NCBI GenBank assembly: GCA_963666975.2
Contig: CAXVYR010000002.1
Location: 224,001-288,000, forward strand
DNA from: Terriglobia bacterium
GTDB lineage: Bacteria > Acidobacteriota > Terriglobia > 2-12-FULL-54-10
Length of the DNA stretch: 64,000 bases
Direction: 5' to 3'
Part shown: in pieces, positions 19,914 through 30,654 of the stretch
How the letters are laid out: every line of letters begins with the position of its first letter
Numbering within the stretch: position 1 is the stretch's first letter
The notes under the pieces: generated by a model
The model's input: the letters and a program-made list of their open reading frames with translations, nothing else
The model's database searches: none
What the model was told of the DNA's origin: nothing
Program-made: the position numbers and the translations under genes

Positions 19914-20005
19914 CCCACCTGCTTCCCGATCTCAGCCCAGGAGAGCCCCTGCGCACGGAGACGGGCAATCCTCGCCGAATCCACAACGCGGCGCGGAATT
20001 CTCTC
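19910..20005 (-). pseudogene. Remnant resolvase-type C-terminal HTH
   Basis: PRRVVDSARIARLRAQGLSWAEIGKQVG. Confidence 0.45.
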
Positions 20006-20099
20006 GCTTCCGCTGGTACAAATACTGCCGGTCAGGTCACTACTTTCTAATGCGGGAAAACGGACCAGCGAGAGAGGACAGTTCCATTTCGCAAGCGCG

Positions 20100-21273
20100 C
20101 TACGGAAGGCGAAATCTCTAGAATGCATCGCATGAATGCCCTCCGACCCGAAACCGAGCGGGCCCGGATCGCAGGACGACTTCCTCGCAGAATTTTCGCT
20201 CGGCCAACGGTATTTTGTGTTCCTCCAGAATCCGTTTAACGCGCTCCAAAACTTCTGCGTACTCAACCGCGCGCGTAGGGTCAACACAATATACTCATTC
20301 CTCGATCCTGATCAGGTGTCTTCAAGAGACATTGCCTCTCCGGAGGCGACGTCCTGCAAGAATGCTACGGCTAGTGCCGCCTCGCCCAGCGTGCAGTCAT
20401 CGGCCATCGCTGCAACCAGTCTCTCCTGACTCGGGGCGCCACACTTATTCTTGGATTTCCTGGCGACGGCGCTCTTTGTTTTTCTGCGGAAAAACGCTTT
20501 CACCACTGGAGGACCGAATCTTCGACGAAGTCGGTCCAGACTTTTCGCCTCAACTTGCCGGACACGCTCCCTAGTTACACCGAGTTCATCGCCGATCTCC
20601 TGCAACGTCTTCCTTTCCCCATCCCATAATCCATAGCGGTAAGCGACAATGGTTTGTTCTCGCTCCGGCATGAAAGAGAGCAGCCGATGGACAAAAGTCT
20701 TCGTGCTGAAAGGTAATGCGGCCACGCCTTCCTGAATCCCTCTCAGCAAGCCCAACTCTGCCTGACGCCTGCCCGAAACGTGCTCAAGAATATTTGTCTC
20801 AACGTCGGCTCTACTCTTTGGCCCAAAACCTCTCATGCGGATGAGGTTCTCCTTGGGATAATTGAGCAGTTGGCGTACAGACTTAATGTGAAGATGTGCC
20901 AGGATGTTTGCGGACTTTGTTGTCAGGTCGAGGCAATCAACAGGCGCATCGAAACCCACTTCAGCAGCTTCGGGAATGACCCACCTGCCGCGGGTTAATT
21001 TTGACTGTGACCTCAATCGGCGAGGAAGTGTTGGAGGCAGCTCTCCAGTGTGGCGAGTCTGTTTTTTCATGCTGGGCGTAGGAGGACCTTGCGCCGATCT
21101 GAGGAACTGTTTAAAAGCGCGTCGCATAATCGATAAGCCTTTTATGCCGAACCCGATCAAGCTGAGGAGTTCCCCCTTAGTTGATTGCGAAAGTTCGCCG
21201 ACGGTCCTGATAGCACATCACCTTAGCTCTAGTTTCAGGTGGAGAACTTCAGGTCCTCAATAAGCCATTGCAA
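20100..21273 (-). pseudogene. Disrupted tandem RNAP alpha-CTD-like plus sigma70 region 4 protein (main ORF 20312-21160)
   Basis: alphaCTD-like PVDCLDLTTKSANIL...FGPKS; sigma4 REQTIVAYRYGL..KTLQEIGDELGVTRERVRQVE; upstream alphaCTD-like copy broken by TGA stops and a frameshift. Confidence 0.7.
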
Positions 21274-21348
21274 TGTCCTTCACTACGCATGGACAATCCC
21301 AAGGGCGTGCAGCACTGCCCCCATCTTCAGAACGGCCTCATAAAAGAA

Positions 21349-23232
21349 TTACCATTGCGAGGCAGGGCCTCCAAGTTCTATCTGGGCTCCAGTGGGTTGC
21401 ATTCCCCACTCCCGCGCTAGGGAGGGAACCAGATGTACCGGTTTGCCGCCCACCATCGTCATCAGGACCCGGATCGTCAGAATATCATCCACAGGGATCG
21501 TCAAGTAATCTTTGTTCAGAACCACCAAGTCCGCAAACTTGCCCGGCTCCAGGGAACCGAGGACATCTTCTTTCAGGGTTCCATAGGCTGCAAAGAGAGT
21601 TGCCGACTTGAGCATCGCCTCGCGACTGATGGCCTGCGCGGGAGCACCTAAATTTCCATCCCAATCCTTCCGCGTAATGGCGCCATAGAGAACGTGCATG
21701 TAGGTCAAGTTGGTGTATTCGCTGAGGGGCCGGTCAATTTCTACGCTATTCATGACTCCGGCATCATACAGGGCTTTCCGAGGCACCATATTCATCGCAC
21801 CACGCTCGCCGTAGTCGCGGAGAGTTCGTGTTACACGTCCTTCCCAGACGACGATGTCCCAACCGCTGGTCATCATCCCTAAGTTTTTGAAGCGCGGAAT
21901 CTGGTCCGGGCGGGGATACATACTCATATGTTCGGTGACATGGCGTTTGGACCGGATCTCGTCCAGCGTCATGCCAGCGTCTCTACCGGCTTTCTCTATG
22001 ATGTCCAGCACCATATCTATTTCCACATCCCCCGTCATATGGTCACCGGCTAATCGTCCTCCTGCCTTGAGGTATTCGTAAAGAGCACGAGAAATGTTTT
22101 CCTGGGAATATCCAGGATTCGCACAATTCCTTTCTTTCCGAGCAGTTGCCTCTGGGGTAAGCGGATCCAGCTGGGTGCACCCTCCTCCCTGGTGGGCGGT
22201 CATCCCTGTATTCCAGAGGTAATCGGAACCCTTGCCGACCATGGAGGCCACCGCGTTCACAAAATAGGGGTCTTGGAAGAAGTCGTTGCGCTCCGGCCAG
22301 AACCAGCCCCAACCAAGCCGCATCGCCATCTCTCCCTCTTTGTCCAGGCTATTGAAGGCTCGAATGGCTCCACCCGTATAGAGTGAAGTCGCATTTAGGG
22401 TAATCCCAAGGGCTGATGTCCAGGACAACCCGAGCCGGTAGATCTCGCGCAGTACCTCGGGTGGGTAAAGGATGTCTTGCTCCACCTCCCGATAGCAAAC
22501 GGCGCATGTGCCGGTCTCCTCTCCACTCTCTCCTGAATAGGAACCTATTGGGCTAATCAGGAACTTGTCCCATTGATCCCCGTACCCGTTCTTTACGGCC
22601 TCAATTCCTTTTTGGTTCAACACCAAGCCCGTAAAACCCCCTCGAATGAGCACTGGATTGTTGGGAGCCGCCACGTCCAGCATATTTTTATTAATTTGCC
22701 TGCCCAACATGGGCGAGATCTCATTCCCCCATCGGTAGTCTGGACCGTATAACAAACTGATCCGAATCCATTGGCCGGGTTTGGCCTTCTGCACCGCCTC
22801 ATCCAAAACTCGAGGGAATTGTTGCATCACTTGATCGGGGGGCACATTCAAAAACCGCTCAATGTGCATGTCGTCGCTGACCACCTTCTTCATGACCGTC
22901 GGATTCAGCGGATTCCAGTCTTGCGGATGATCGTGCGTGGCTCCAAAACCGGGGGTTACCGTTCGCCCCTCCAAATCATACGATTTCGTGTTGGGGCCTG
23001 CCAGCCGGCGAACTTGGTCATTGCTCCCCACCGCCGCAATCTTCCCTTCCCGGATCGCGATCGCCTGAGCTATCGTGCCAAGATTTGCATTGACTCCGTG
23101 GTTGTTCACCGTGACAACCTTGCCGTTGTAAAGAATCGTGTCCGGGGCCGTCTGCTGGGCCCACAACGGCCCTCCACTCACCCCCAACACCCACACCACG
23201 ATCAGCAATTGCCGAAAGATCTCTTTCCTCAT
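21349..23232 (-). CDS. Secreted amidohydrolase-3 family protein
   Basis: Paralog of 17665-19533; THDHP, GSLEPGKFADLVVL. Confidence 0.88.
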   Translation of the reverse strand: MRKEIFRQLLIVVWVLGVSGGPLWAQQTAPDTILYNGKVVTVNNHGVNANLGTIAQAIAIREGKIAAVGSNDQVRRLAGPNTKSYDLEGRTVTPGFGATHDHPQDWNPLNPTVMKKVVSDDMHIERFLNVPPDQVMQQFPRVLDEAVQKAKPGQWIRISLLYGPDYRWGNEISPMLGRQINKNMLDVAAPNNPVLIRGGFTGLVLNQKGIEAVKNGYGDQWDKFLISPIGSYSGESGEETGTCAVCYREVEQDILYPPEVLREIYRLGLSWTSALGITLNATSLYTGGAIRAFNSLDKEGEMAMRLGWGWFWPERNDFFQDPYFVNAVASMVGKGSDYLWNTGMTAHQGGGCTQLDPLTPEATARKERNCANPGYSQENISRALYEYLKAGGRLAGDHMTGDVEIDMVLDIIEKAGRDAGMTLDEIRSKRHVTEHMSMYPRPDQIPRFKNLGMMTSGWDIVVWEGRVTRTLRDYGERGAMNMVPRKALYDAGVMNSVEIDRPLSEYTNLTYMHVLYGAITRKDWDGNLGAPAQAISREAMLKSATLFAAYGTLKEDVLGSLEPGKFADLVVLNKDYLTIPVDDILTIRVLMTMVGGKPVHLVPSLAREWGMQPTGAQIELGGPASQW

Positions 23233-23506
23233 TTTTTATCTCCCCTCAAGGTTGTAATTTTCGAAAGCGCAATTTGTAACTCTCGCAAAGAATCCGGCCC
23301 AGCCAGCCCGGCAGGACCAGTGACAGAGTCAAAGTGGATCTTCAACCCGAACTGCGTCTTGTCGCGTCTTGGTGACGGTTGTGCAAGATCAGTCTTGCAG
23401 CGGGATTAAATGCCCCTTCAGCCGCGCTTTAGATTGTTTTTGTCCCAACCAAAAGATTGGGCAAAGATGTGGAAACCACACCTTTGCCCAGAAAAGCGCA
23501 AGCAAA

Positions 23507-26500
23507 TCAGAAGTTGATCTTCAACCCGAACTGGATCTGCCGCTCCGAATTGACAGTATCCGTGATCCGCCCCGCAGCGCTATTGATCGAGCGTGTCGCT
23601 GATGTGAAGATGGTGTCTTCGGGACTGGCAAAGTTGGGATGGTTGAACAGGTTGAAGAGCTCCGCCCGGAATTCCACGCCGCGCTGCTCGCCCAAGGAGA
23701 ACTTCTTCTTCAACGCAAAGTCGAAGTTATTGAATCCCGGCCCGATGATCGTGTTCCTCGCCAGGTTGCCATAGAATCCAGTCTCCTGGCGTTCAAAGAC
23801 TGAAGGGTCATAGTACTTGTCGGGACCTCCCAAAACCGGGTTATTGTCGGCTCCCGGTTTGAGATCCGGGCGGATGTTCCGACGAATCGCGCCACTGTCG
23901 GCTGCGTTGTAACCCAGGGTTGCGCTAAGCGGGTTGCCGGTTTGCAGCTTCAGGATTCCATTCATTTGCCAACCGTTTATCAACGCTCTCGCGGCCGCGT
24001 TGTCGAAATCCCCCGTGGGAAACTCGTAAGTGTAAGTGAAAATAAAGTTGTGTCTTGAGTCAAAGTCAGATAAGCCTCGATCGCCCTTGTGGTCATCCGG
24101 GTTCTGAGTCCCTCCAGTGCCACCTGCGTTACCTATCCCATCCCATCGATCAACACCCTCATCAACCGTCCTGGACCAGGTATAAGCGACCCCCATTTGC
24201 ATTCCCTGGCTGAAGCGACGGGCCACCTTCACCTGCAAAGAGTTGTAGAACGATTGCGCCCAGCTCGATTGACGAGAATCCCAAAGAGTGTTGGGATTTC
24301 GAATGCTCCGGGCACCGTCGGGACAGTTTGGATTCACGGGCTTTCCGGGACTGGTATTGTGGCACACGCGGCCATCCGCAAGGATCGTGGGAAACTTCGT
24401 GTTGGCGGTTCGATTCATCAGTAAGTCATTTCCCTTGGATCCGGCGTAAGCCAGCGATACCGATGTTCCGGCCATGAGCTCCCGCTGAATGGCCAAGTTG
24501 TACTGCAGCAGGTAGGGGTGGTCCATGTCAAAATCGAATGTTTGAACTCCCAGCTTCGTAAGAGCAGGATCGACCGTCCTAAAGACTCCCAGGAAGGGTG
24601 GGTCTCGCAAGTCCACAAGGGTGTAAATGGGAGGCTGGCGAACCGACGGGATGAACCAGATGTTGGAAAGCAGATGCTGCCGGAACATCCCGAATCCCCC
24701 TCGGATAGCGGTCCTGCCGTCCCCTGCCAAATCCCAGGCAAAGCCCACGCGCGGCTGGAAGTTTTTCCACTGGTCGGCGTTCTTAAAGTACGGTCCGGGG
24801 GTGGGCTCTAGATCCAGCACATCCGCGAAGTTTGTCAATCGGTCATGATTTTCTGTCGGAACCGTGGAGTGTTCAAATCGCAGTCCCGCGTTTAAGGTGA
24901 AGTTCGGTGTGACTTGCCAACTATCCTCCAGGTAGACACTCGCCATCCACTGGCGCAGACTGCGCACCGCGGAAGAACCCGGCTGGGCGCCTGTATAATT
25001 GTCCGGTTCCGCTCTGAAAAACCTCTCCAGCGAAGGAAAGCGGTAGCTTCCTCCCAGTCGCTGGGGTGCGGTGATATTGGTCTGAAATCGCTTGACGACC
25101 ACTCCAAATTTTAGCTGGTGCGCCCCACGACTGCTACTTACGTCGTCCTGGTAATGGAAGTTGTTCACTGTGTAATGCTTCGGGTTAGAGCTCCGACCCC
25201 CAATCCCCGTAATTAAACCGCGAGTGAAATCGACGGTGGAAAACGGGCCAAACGGGACTCCGGGGACAAAGTCAAACCGGGACGGGAGCGGCTCCCAAAG
25301 CGCTTCGGTATTATTAAAGGAGTCACTGCGGGTGAACCCGAACCGGGCGGTATTGATCAAGGTGGGCGAAACGATGTGGTTCCACTCTAACGTAGCATAC
25401 TGCCATCGAATCCTTCCACTGGTTTCGGCAACGTTAATCCCACTGTTAGGCCCACTCCTGGTGGAGTGGTCGAAGGTGTAGCGGCCAAAAACATTATCGT
25501 TATCCGAGAAGCGGTGGTCCAGCCGCGTCATCCAATAAGCTAGATTGATCGGCTGGCTGAAAGGCGTGACAAACTCTGCCATGCCGTCTCCAAAATTTTT
25601 CGCGGTATTCGCCCGCGGCGCAATGGCGATGAAAGGCGCGATATCCGGATGGATCTCGATAGGGTCACGACCCGGAAGGATTCCCTGCCGGGCGTTGTCG
25701 TCCAGGACTCGTCCGGTGCTGACTTGGGCTTTCCGCTCCCTTATGAATTCCATCGTCCCAAAATAGAACGTCCTGTCTTGTTTAATGGGTCCCCCCAACG
25801 AAAACCCGAACTGGTTGCGCTTGAACCCGGGCTTTTCCTGGTTGGAGGAATTGAGAAAGAAGTCATTGGCATCGAACGAGCTGTTGCGGAGAAATTCAAA
25901 GGCCGTGCCGTGCATTTCATTGGTGCCCGACCGCGAAACCGCATTCATGACCGCACCGCCCTGACTGCTGTACGAGGCGCTGTAGCCACTGGTCAAGAGC
26001 GAAAACTCTCGAATGGCTTCGATGCCCACGGCACCCCCTTCTATCGTTCCGGGGGTCTGCCGGTGAACGTCCGCGACCTCCGTGCCGTCCACCAGAAACA
26101 CATTGCTGCTCACCCGGGCCCCACCGACGGAAATTCTTCTTCCAGTACCGGTGTTAATCGAACCCCCGCCTCCTCCTGCTCTCTTCACCTCCGACGTTCC
26201 CACCTGCAAGGCGATGAGCTGAGTATAATCGCGGCCATTTAAGGGCAAATCGCGAATCTGGCGATCGTCTACCAGGGAAGCTAGGGAAGAGGTCGTGGTC
26301 TCCACCACGGGCGCTTCCTCGGTGATGGTCACACTTTCCGTGACCGCCCCTACACTGAGCGGAATATTGACGTTCACTTCCAGGCCCACCGTTAACTGAA
26401 TGCCAGCGCGAACCGCCGTTTGAAATCCCGGCGTTCCCGCTCTCACTTCATACGTTCCTACCTGCAGTTGCCGCAGGTGATAGACACCTCTCGCATCGGT

Positions 26501-26827
26501 CTCTACCGTGCGGGTAGCTCCCGTGTTCACGTTGGTACTGGTCACGGATGCTCCCGGTATGACCGCCCCGGTGTCATCAGTCACGGTGCCGGAAATCGTT
26601 GCGGTGGTAACTTGCGCATACCCGTTGGCGAGGAAAAGCGCCACGGCAAGAAATAACGAAATCAGGATGAAATTAACGGACTTCTTGAAACGCATGGGCT
26701 GCCACCTTCGACGCCGCCCGGTGGCGGTCTCTACAGTTCCAGAGGTCGTCCCCGCCTTAGTCAGAGCAACCTCCCTACCAAGAAGCAGACGCACTAATAG
26801 TGTCCCAAAGAATCCCTTCCGCTGCAT
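23507..26827 (-). CDS. TonB-dependent receptor (Oar-like, carboxypeptidase-regulatory-like N-domain)
   Basis: ISGTVTDDTGAVIPGA, LPLNGRDY, SRSGTNEMHG, PRVGFAW, RQIQFGLKINF; start 26827 (strong SD) or 26695 (directly before the signal peptide). Confidence 0.92.
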   Translation of the reverse strand: MQRKGFFGTLLVRLLLGREVALTKAGTTSGTVETATGRRRRWQPMRFKKSVNFILISLFLAVALFLANGYAQVTTATISGTVTDDTGAVIPGASVTSTNVNTGATRTVETDARGVYHLRQLQVGTYEVRAGTPGFQTAVRAGIQLTVGLEVNVNIPLSVGAVTESVTITEEAPVVETTTSSLASLVDDRQIRDLPLNGRDYTQLIALQVGTSEVKRAGGGGGSINTGTGRRISVGGARVSSNVFLVDGTEVADVHRQTPGTIEGGAVGIEAIREFSLLTSGYSASYSSQGGAVMNAVSRSGTNEMHGTAFEFLRNSSFDANDFFLNSSNQEKPGFKRNQFGFSLGGPIKQDRTFYFGTMEFIRERKAQVSTGRVLDDNARQGILPGRDPIEIHPDIAPFIAIAPRANTAKNFGDGMAEFVTPFSQPINLAYWMTRLDHRFSDNDNVFGRYTFDHSTRSGPNSGINVAETSGRIRWQYATLEWNHIVSPTLINTARFGFTRSDSFNNTEALWEPLPSRFDFVPGVPFGPFSTVDFTRGLITGIGGRSSNPKHYTVNNFHYQDDVSSSRGAHQLKFGVVVKRFQTNITAPQRLGGSYRFPSLERFFRAEPDNYTGAQPGSSAVRSLRQWMASVYLEDSWQVTPNFTLNAGLRFEHSTVPTENHDRLTNFADVLDLEPTPGPYFKNADQWKNFQPRVGFAWDLAGDGRTAIRGGFGMFRQHLLSNIWFIPSVRQPPIYTLVDLRDPPFLGVFRTVDPALTKLGVQTFDFDMDHPYLLQYNLAIQRELMAGTSVSLAYAGSKGNDLLMNRTANTKFPTILADGRVCHNTSPGKPVNPNCPDGARSIRNPNTLWDSRQSSWAQSFYNSLQVKVARRFSQGMQMGVAYTWSRTVDEGVDRWDGIGNAGGTGGTQNPDDHKGDRGLSDFDSRHNFIFTYTYEFPTGDFDNAAARALINGWQMNGILKLQTGNPLSATLGYNAADSGAIRRNIRPDLKPGADNNPVLGGPDKYYDPSVFERQETGFYGNLARNTIIGPGFNNFDFALKKKFSLGEQRGVEFRAELFNLFNHPNFASPEDTIFTSATRSINSAAGRITDTVNSERQIQFGLKINF

Positions 26828-27171
26828 GAGAAGCCTCCTTTTTTCAGTAGCGCATCGTTCGAGCGAAAAAAACCACCCTCAACTTGCCTCGAAGAAACGA
26901 CGCAGTTTCAATCCGCTTGCGAAAACCGGCTTAAATCAGAAAATTACTACACTCAGCCCAAAAAGGGGTGCGTCACTCTGGTTTGGTGAGAACGAACAGG
27001 GATTCTTGCAATGAGTAAAGGAACAGGAGGCTTTTGAAGATCCGCTGGATTTCCCGCGCATCATGATTGGTTACCACCGAGCCAACAGTTTCAGGTCTTA
27101 CGCCACATTTACCCCTTTTGTAACTCTTCTACGCCTGCCCTCCCCATCCTGTCAAGCTTTTTTTCCGGAAT

Positions 27172-28563
27172 TGTCGTTAGCACATGATATGTCCGGTGGA
27201 AATAGCAAGTGAAGTGTCCGCTTTGAAGGCGGTCTGGGGTAAGACCATCTATCCAGGAGGTGGAGATGGAGTCATACCCGAGGGCCGCCGTGGAGCGGGC
27301 AATGAAGATACAAGAAGTAATCTTGCGAGCGATAGGGAAGCGGATCAACTGGTGGCAGGCAGCCGAGATCATCGGGATCAGCGACCGGCAGATGCGGCGG
27401 TGGAGCAGCCGGTACGAGCAGTACGGCTACGACGGGCTGTTTGACCGGCGGCGGGGAAAGCCGAGCCCGCGGCGGGTACCCCTGAGGACGGTGGAGAAGG
27501 TGCTGGGGCTGTATCAAGAGAAGTACTTTGACTTCAACGTGCGGCACTTTCACGAGAAGCTGCGGGAGGAGCACGGCCTCCGGCTGAGCTATACGTGGGT
27601 GAAGCTGGCGTTGCAGGGGGCGGGGTTGGTAAACAAGAGGCGGAAGCGGGGCGTGCACCGCCAGCGGCGGCCCCGGCGGCCGTTGCCGGGGATGCTGCTG
27701 CATCTGGATGGGAGCCAGCATCGGTGGTTTGTCGATGATCGCTGGTATGACCTGCTGGTGGTTCCGGATGATGCCAGCAGCGAGATTTACTATGCGCAAC
27801 TGGTGGAGCAGGAATCGACGCGGACGGTGCTGGCTGCCCTGCGGGAGGTGGTCGAGCAACAGGGGGTCTTTTGCGCCCTTTATAGCGACCGGGCCAGTCA
27901 TTTCTTCCTGACCCGAAAGGCGGGTGATCTGGTCGATCGGCAAGCCGACCCAGGTGGGCCGTGCACTGCGGGAGCTGGGCATTCAGATGATTCCGGCCTA
28001 CTCGCCGCAGGCGCGAGGACGTGGCGAGCGGAATTTCGGGACTTGGCAAGGGCGGCTACCACAAGAGTTGCGCCTGCGGGAGATTACTACGGTCGAGGCA
28101 GCGAATGGGTTCCTGCGGGAGGGCTATATCGGGGAGTTCAATCGGCGCTTTGCCGTGCCGACCGCCCAACCGGGCAGCGCCTTTTTGCCGCCAGCCAGAC
28201 GGGAGTTAGACCGCATCTTCTCGATCCAGCACGAACGGGTAGTGAATCGGGACAATACGGTCAGTCTGGAGAACCGCCTCCTCCAGATCGAGAAAACTCC
28301 CTGGCGCGGGACTCTGGCGGGCTGCCGTGTGACCGTCTATGAACACCTGGATGGGACGTTGAGCATTGGCTATGGACCGCATACGGTGGGTCGCTACTCC
28401 TCCGAGGGGGTGGCGATCCGGTGCGGTGGCCGGCGGCGGAGCCCCGTGGCTTCCCGACGACACCATTCGGCGCTCACCTCAGTCGCCCTACGGGCTCCTT
28501 CGGTCAGCGCCAAACCGCTTTCGGCCGAATCATGAAACCGGACATTTTAACTTGCTAACAACA
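27172..28563 (+). mobile_element. IS1202/ISNCY-type insertion sequence
   Basis: Ends TGTCGTTAGCA... / ...TGCTAACAACA with internal GTCCG repeats; no target duplication seen. Confidence 0.8.
27260..28535 (+). pseudogene. Frameshifted IS1202/ISNCY transposase
   Basis: GMLLHLDGSQHRW, DDAS, LYSDRAS in one frame; TQVGRAL, AYSPQARGRGER in another; frameshift near 27940-27945. Confidence 0.85.
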
Positions 28564-29283
28564 CTTTACCCAGAGTTTTATCTCTTCAACGGCATCCTTT
28601 TCAGCCCACGGTGATATGAAGACGTCGGTAATCAGGGAGCGCAGGTCAATGCGCCTTCGTTTACACTCCGGTACCCATGAATAGCGAGGATTGAGATCAA
28701 GCGGCACGGCGTGGGGAAAATCATTCAAGTCAATATTCCGATTACCACCCGCCAATGGATCGATAGCAGTTAACCACGCCCGAACCTCGCAGTCTTGGGA
28801 ATATTGAATTTGCTTGGTCGTGATGAATTCTAAGGCGTTGAAGGTGTTTGCCAGATAGTCGGTGCCATACCGCACTAAACCCACGTGAGCCTCATCCAGC
28901 AATCCGTCCAGGGCTGACTTCAGCAGTCCATAGCGTGAACAAACGGCTACTCCGTCATGGCCGTATTGTTCCCACATATCGAGTGTTTCTTGACGGTAGA
29001 GCTGCCAGCAACTGATGTAATAGGACTCGCGATTCTGGGCAAGAGAACCAAGGTGATTATTGAGGCTCACACGGTCGTTGATGTCATACGGGTCCAAACC
29101 AAGAACCCGCCTTGCATATTGCTCAGGGGGTAAACCTTCACTCTTATCGGAGAACAAGTCAGCTCGCCGGAAGTAGAGTTCCTCACTCACCATTAAATCG
29201 CGGAACTTGCGAAGATCCATGAAGCGGCAAATCATAGCGTATTCGTTCGGTTCTACGCGGTTGACGTATGGCACAATAGGCAT
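28555..29283 (-). CDS. DUF2971-like protein, C-terminus truncated by the IS
   Basis: RFMDL.KF..L....LYF..AD.F.D..EG, ISCW, MWEQYG, E.EVR-like motif; last codons lie inside the IS end. Confidence 0.65.
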   Translation of the reverse strand: MPIVPYVNRVEPNEYAMICRFMDLRKFRDLMVSEELYFRRADLFSDKSEGLPPEQYARRVLGLDPYDINDRVSLNNHLGSLAQNRESYYISCWQLYRQETLDMWEQYGHDGVAVCSRYGLLKSALDGLLDEAHVGLVRYGTDYLANTFNALEFITTKQIQYSQDCEVRAWLTAIDPLAGGNRNIDLNDFPHAVPLDLNPRYSWVPECKRRRIDLRSLITDVFISPWAEKDAVEEIKLWVKCC

Positions 29284-29635
29284 TCTCTTCTCTTGTACTC
29301 CGTCCCCGCGCCGTTCGCAAGAGATCCTAACGCAGACAAGGCGAGCCTCGAACGGACTGTGGCTGCGGGATGTGACTGGCAGTGACCTCTAGAGGCCCTC
29401 GGGGACCAGCCGTTCACCTGGACGAAAAATGCCCTACCCGTAAAAGTGTTCGTCGTTGTCCCGAAGGCCCTTTGTGGGAAGTGTGGTTGGTATACGCAGG
29501 GCTCTCGAACGACAGGTCCTCGGTAACGCCCATGTGTTTAGCGATCTTGCCCTACTGGACATAAAGTCGGCAAACTGGAAACTGACCCACTATCGAACCG
29601 TGCAACCGTATTCCGTTTCGCCCTGCCGTGCTTTA

Positions 29636-29791
29636 GACCGTTTTTATGGATTGTGTATCCCGTCCGAGCCGCGACCGTGAGGGAGCGTCCACCCAACGCG
29701 GTTCGGCCAACCAAAATGTTGTGGTCGCTCCTTTACAGTCGCGGCTCGGATTTTTGGACTTTGCATATCTACACCATTTGTGAAAATGATT
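29636..29791. repeat. IS630-ended MITE enclosing an inverted REP pair (CCGAGCCGCGACCGTGAGGGAGCG)
   Basis: TA-GACCGTTTTTATGGATTGTGTAT...TACACCATTTGTGAAAATGATT-TA. Confidence 0.75.
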
Positions 29792-29853
29792 TAGAATAAC
29801 AATAGCGGTTCCGGGGTAAAGGAAATCCCGGCGCCAAGGAGGATTTGGCGGCC

Positions 29854-30546
29854 ATGATTTTTGACCCGATGTATTTTCTATTTCTGGCGCCCGGATTTGC
29901 GTTGTCGCTGTGGGCCAGTTTCCGGGTAAAAAGAGCCTTCAAGAAGTATTCCAAGGTCCCCTCTGCGCGAGGGATGACCGGGGCCGAGGCGGCTGCGGAG
30001 TTGTTGCGAGGAGCCGGTATCACCGGCGTGCGGATCGTGCCCACGCACGGGATGCTCTCGGACCACTACAACCCCATCAACAAGACGCTGGCGCTGTCGG
30101 AAAACGTCTATCGCACGAACTCGATAGCCGCCATCGGCGTGGCCACCCACGAAGCGGGGCACGCCATCCAGCACGCGCAAAACTACGCCCCTCTATGGGC
30201 GAGGTCCCTGCTGGTGCCGACAGCCAATATCGGATCGGGCCTGGGCTACATTGTGATGGTTCTGGGACTACTGTTCTCTTCCACGAACATGGTCCTGGTG
30301 GGAGCGGTTTTGTTCTCCGCCGTTCTGCTGTTTCAGATCGTCACGCTGCCGGTGGAATTCGACGCCTCCAGCCGCGCCAAGGCATTGGTGGTGGAGCAGG
30401 GCATCATCACCCAGCAGGAACGGGAAGGAGTAGACAAGGTCCTGAATGCGGCGGCCATGACCTATGTGGCGGCGGCGATCAGTACGCTGCTGACCTTGGT
30501 CTATTTCCTGCTGCGGGCCGGTCTGCTGGGCGGGGGTGACGACTAA
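29854..30546 (+). CDS. YugP-like membrane zinc metallopeptidase
   Basis: LSDHYNP, HEAGHAIQH, TLPVEFDASSRA, AAAMTYVAA. Confidence 0.92.
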   Translation: MIFDPMYFLFLAPGFALSLWASFRVKRAFKKYSKVPSARGMTGAEAAAELLRGAGITGVRIVPTHGMLSDHYNPINKTLALSENVYRTNSIAAIGVATHEAGHAIQHAQNYAPLWARSLLVPTANIGSGLGYIVMVLGLLFSSTNMVLVGAVLFSAVLLFQIVTLPVEFDASSRAKALVVEQGIITQQEREGVDKVLNAAAMTYVAAAISTLLTLVYFLLRAGLLGGGDD

Positions 30547-30654
30547 CCCGCGGTTCCCCGCCCTGCAATGCATTGGCATCTCGGGACGCCGTGTAGCGAT
30601 TACCAGCAGTCAGGAACCATGAGGTTATCTGCCAGGTTATCTGGGGGTTATCTG

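Noticed and set aside
21150-21260. In-frame TGA codons as selenocysteine or recoding in the alphaCTD gene
   Set aside because: Accompanied by frameshifts and other decay; they fit CGA-to-TGA nonsense mutations
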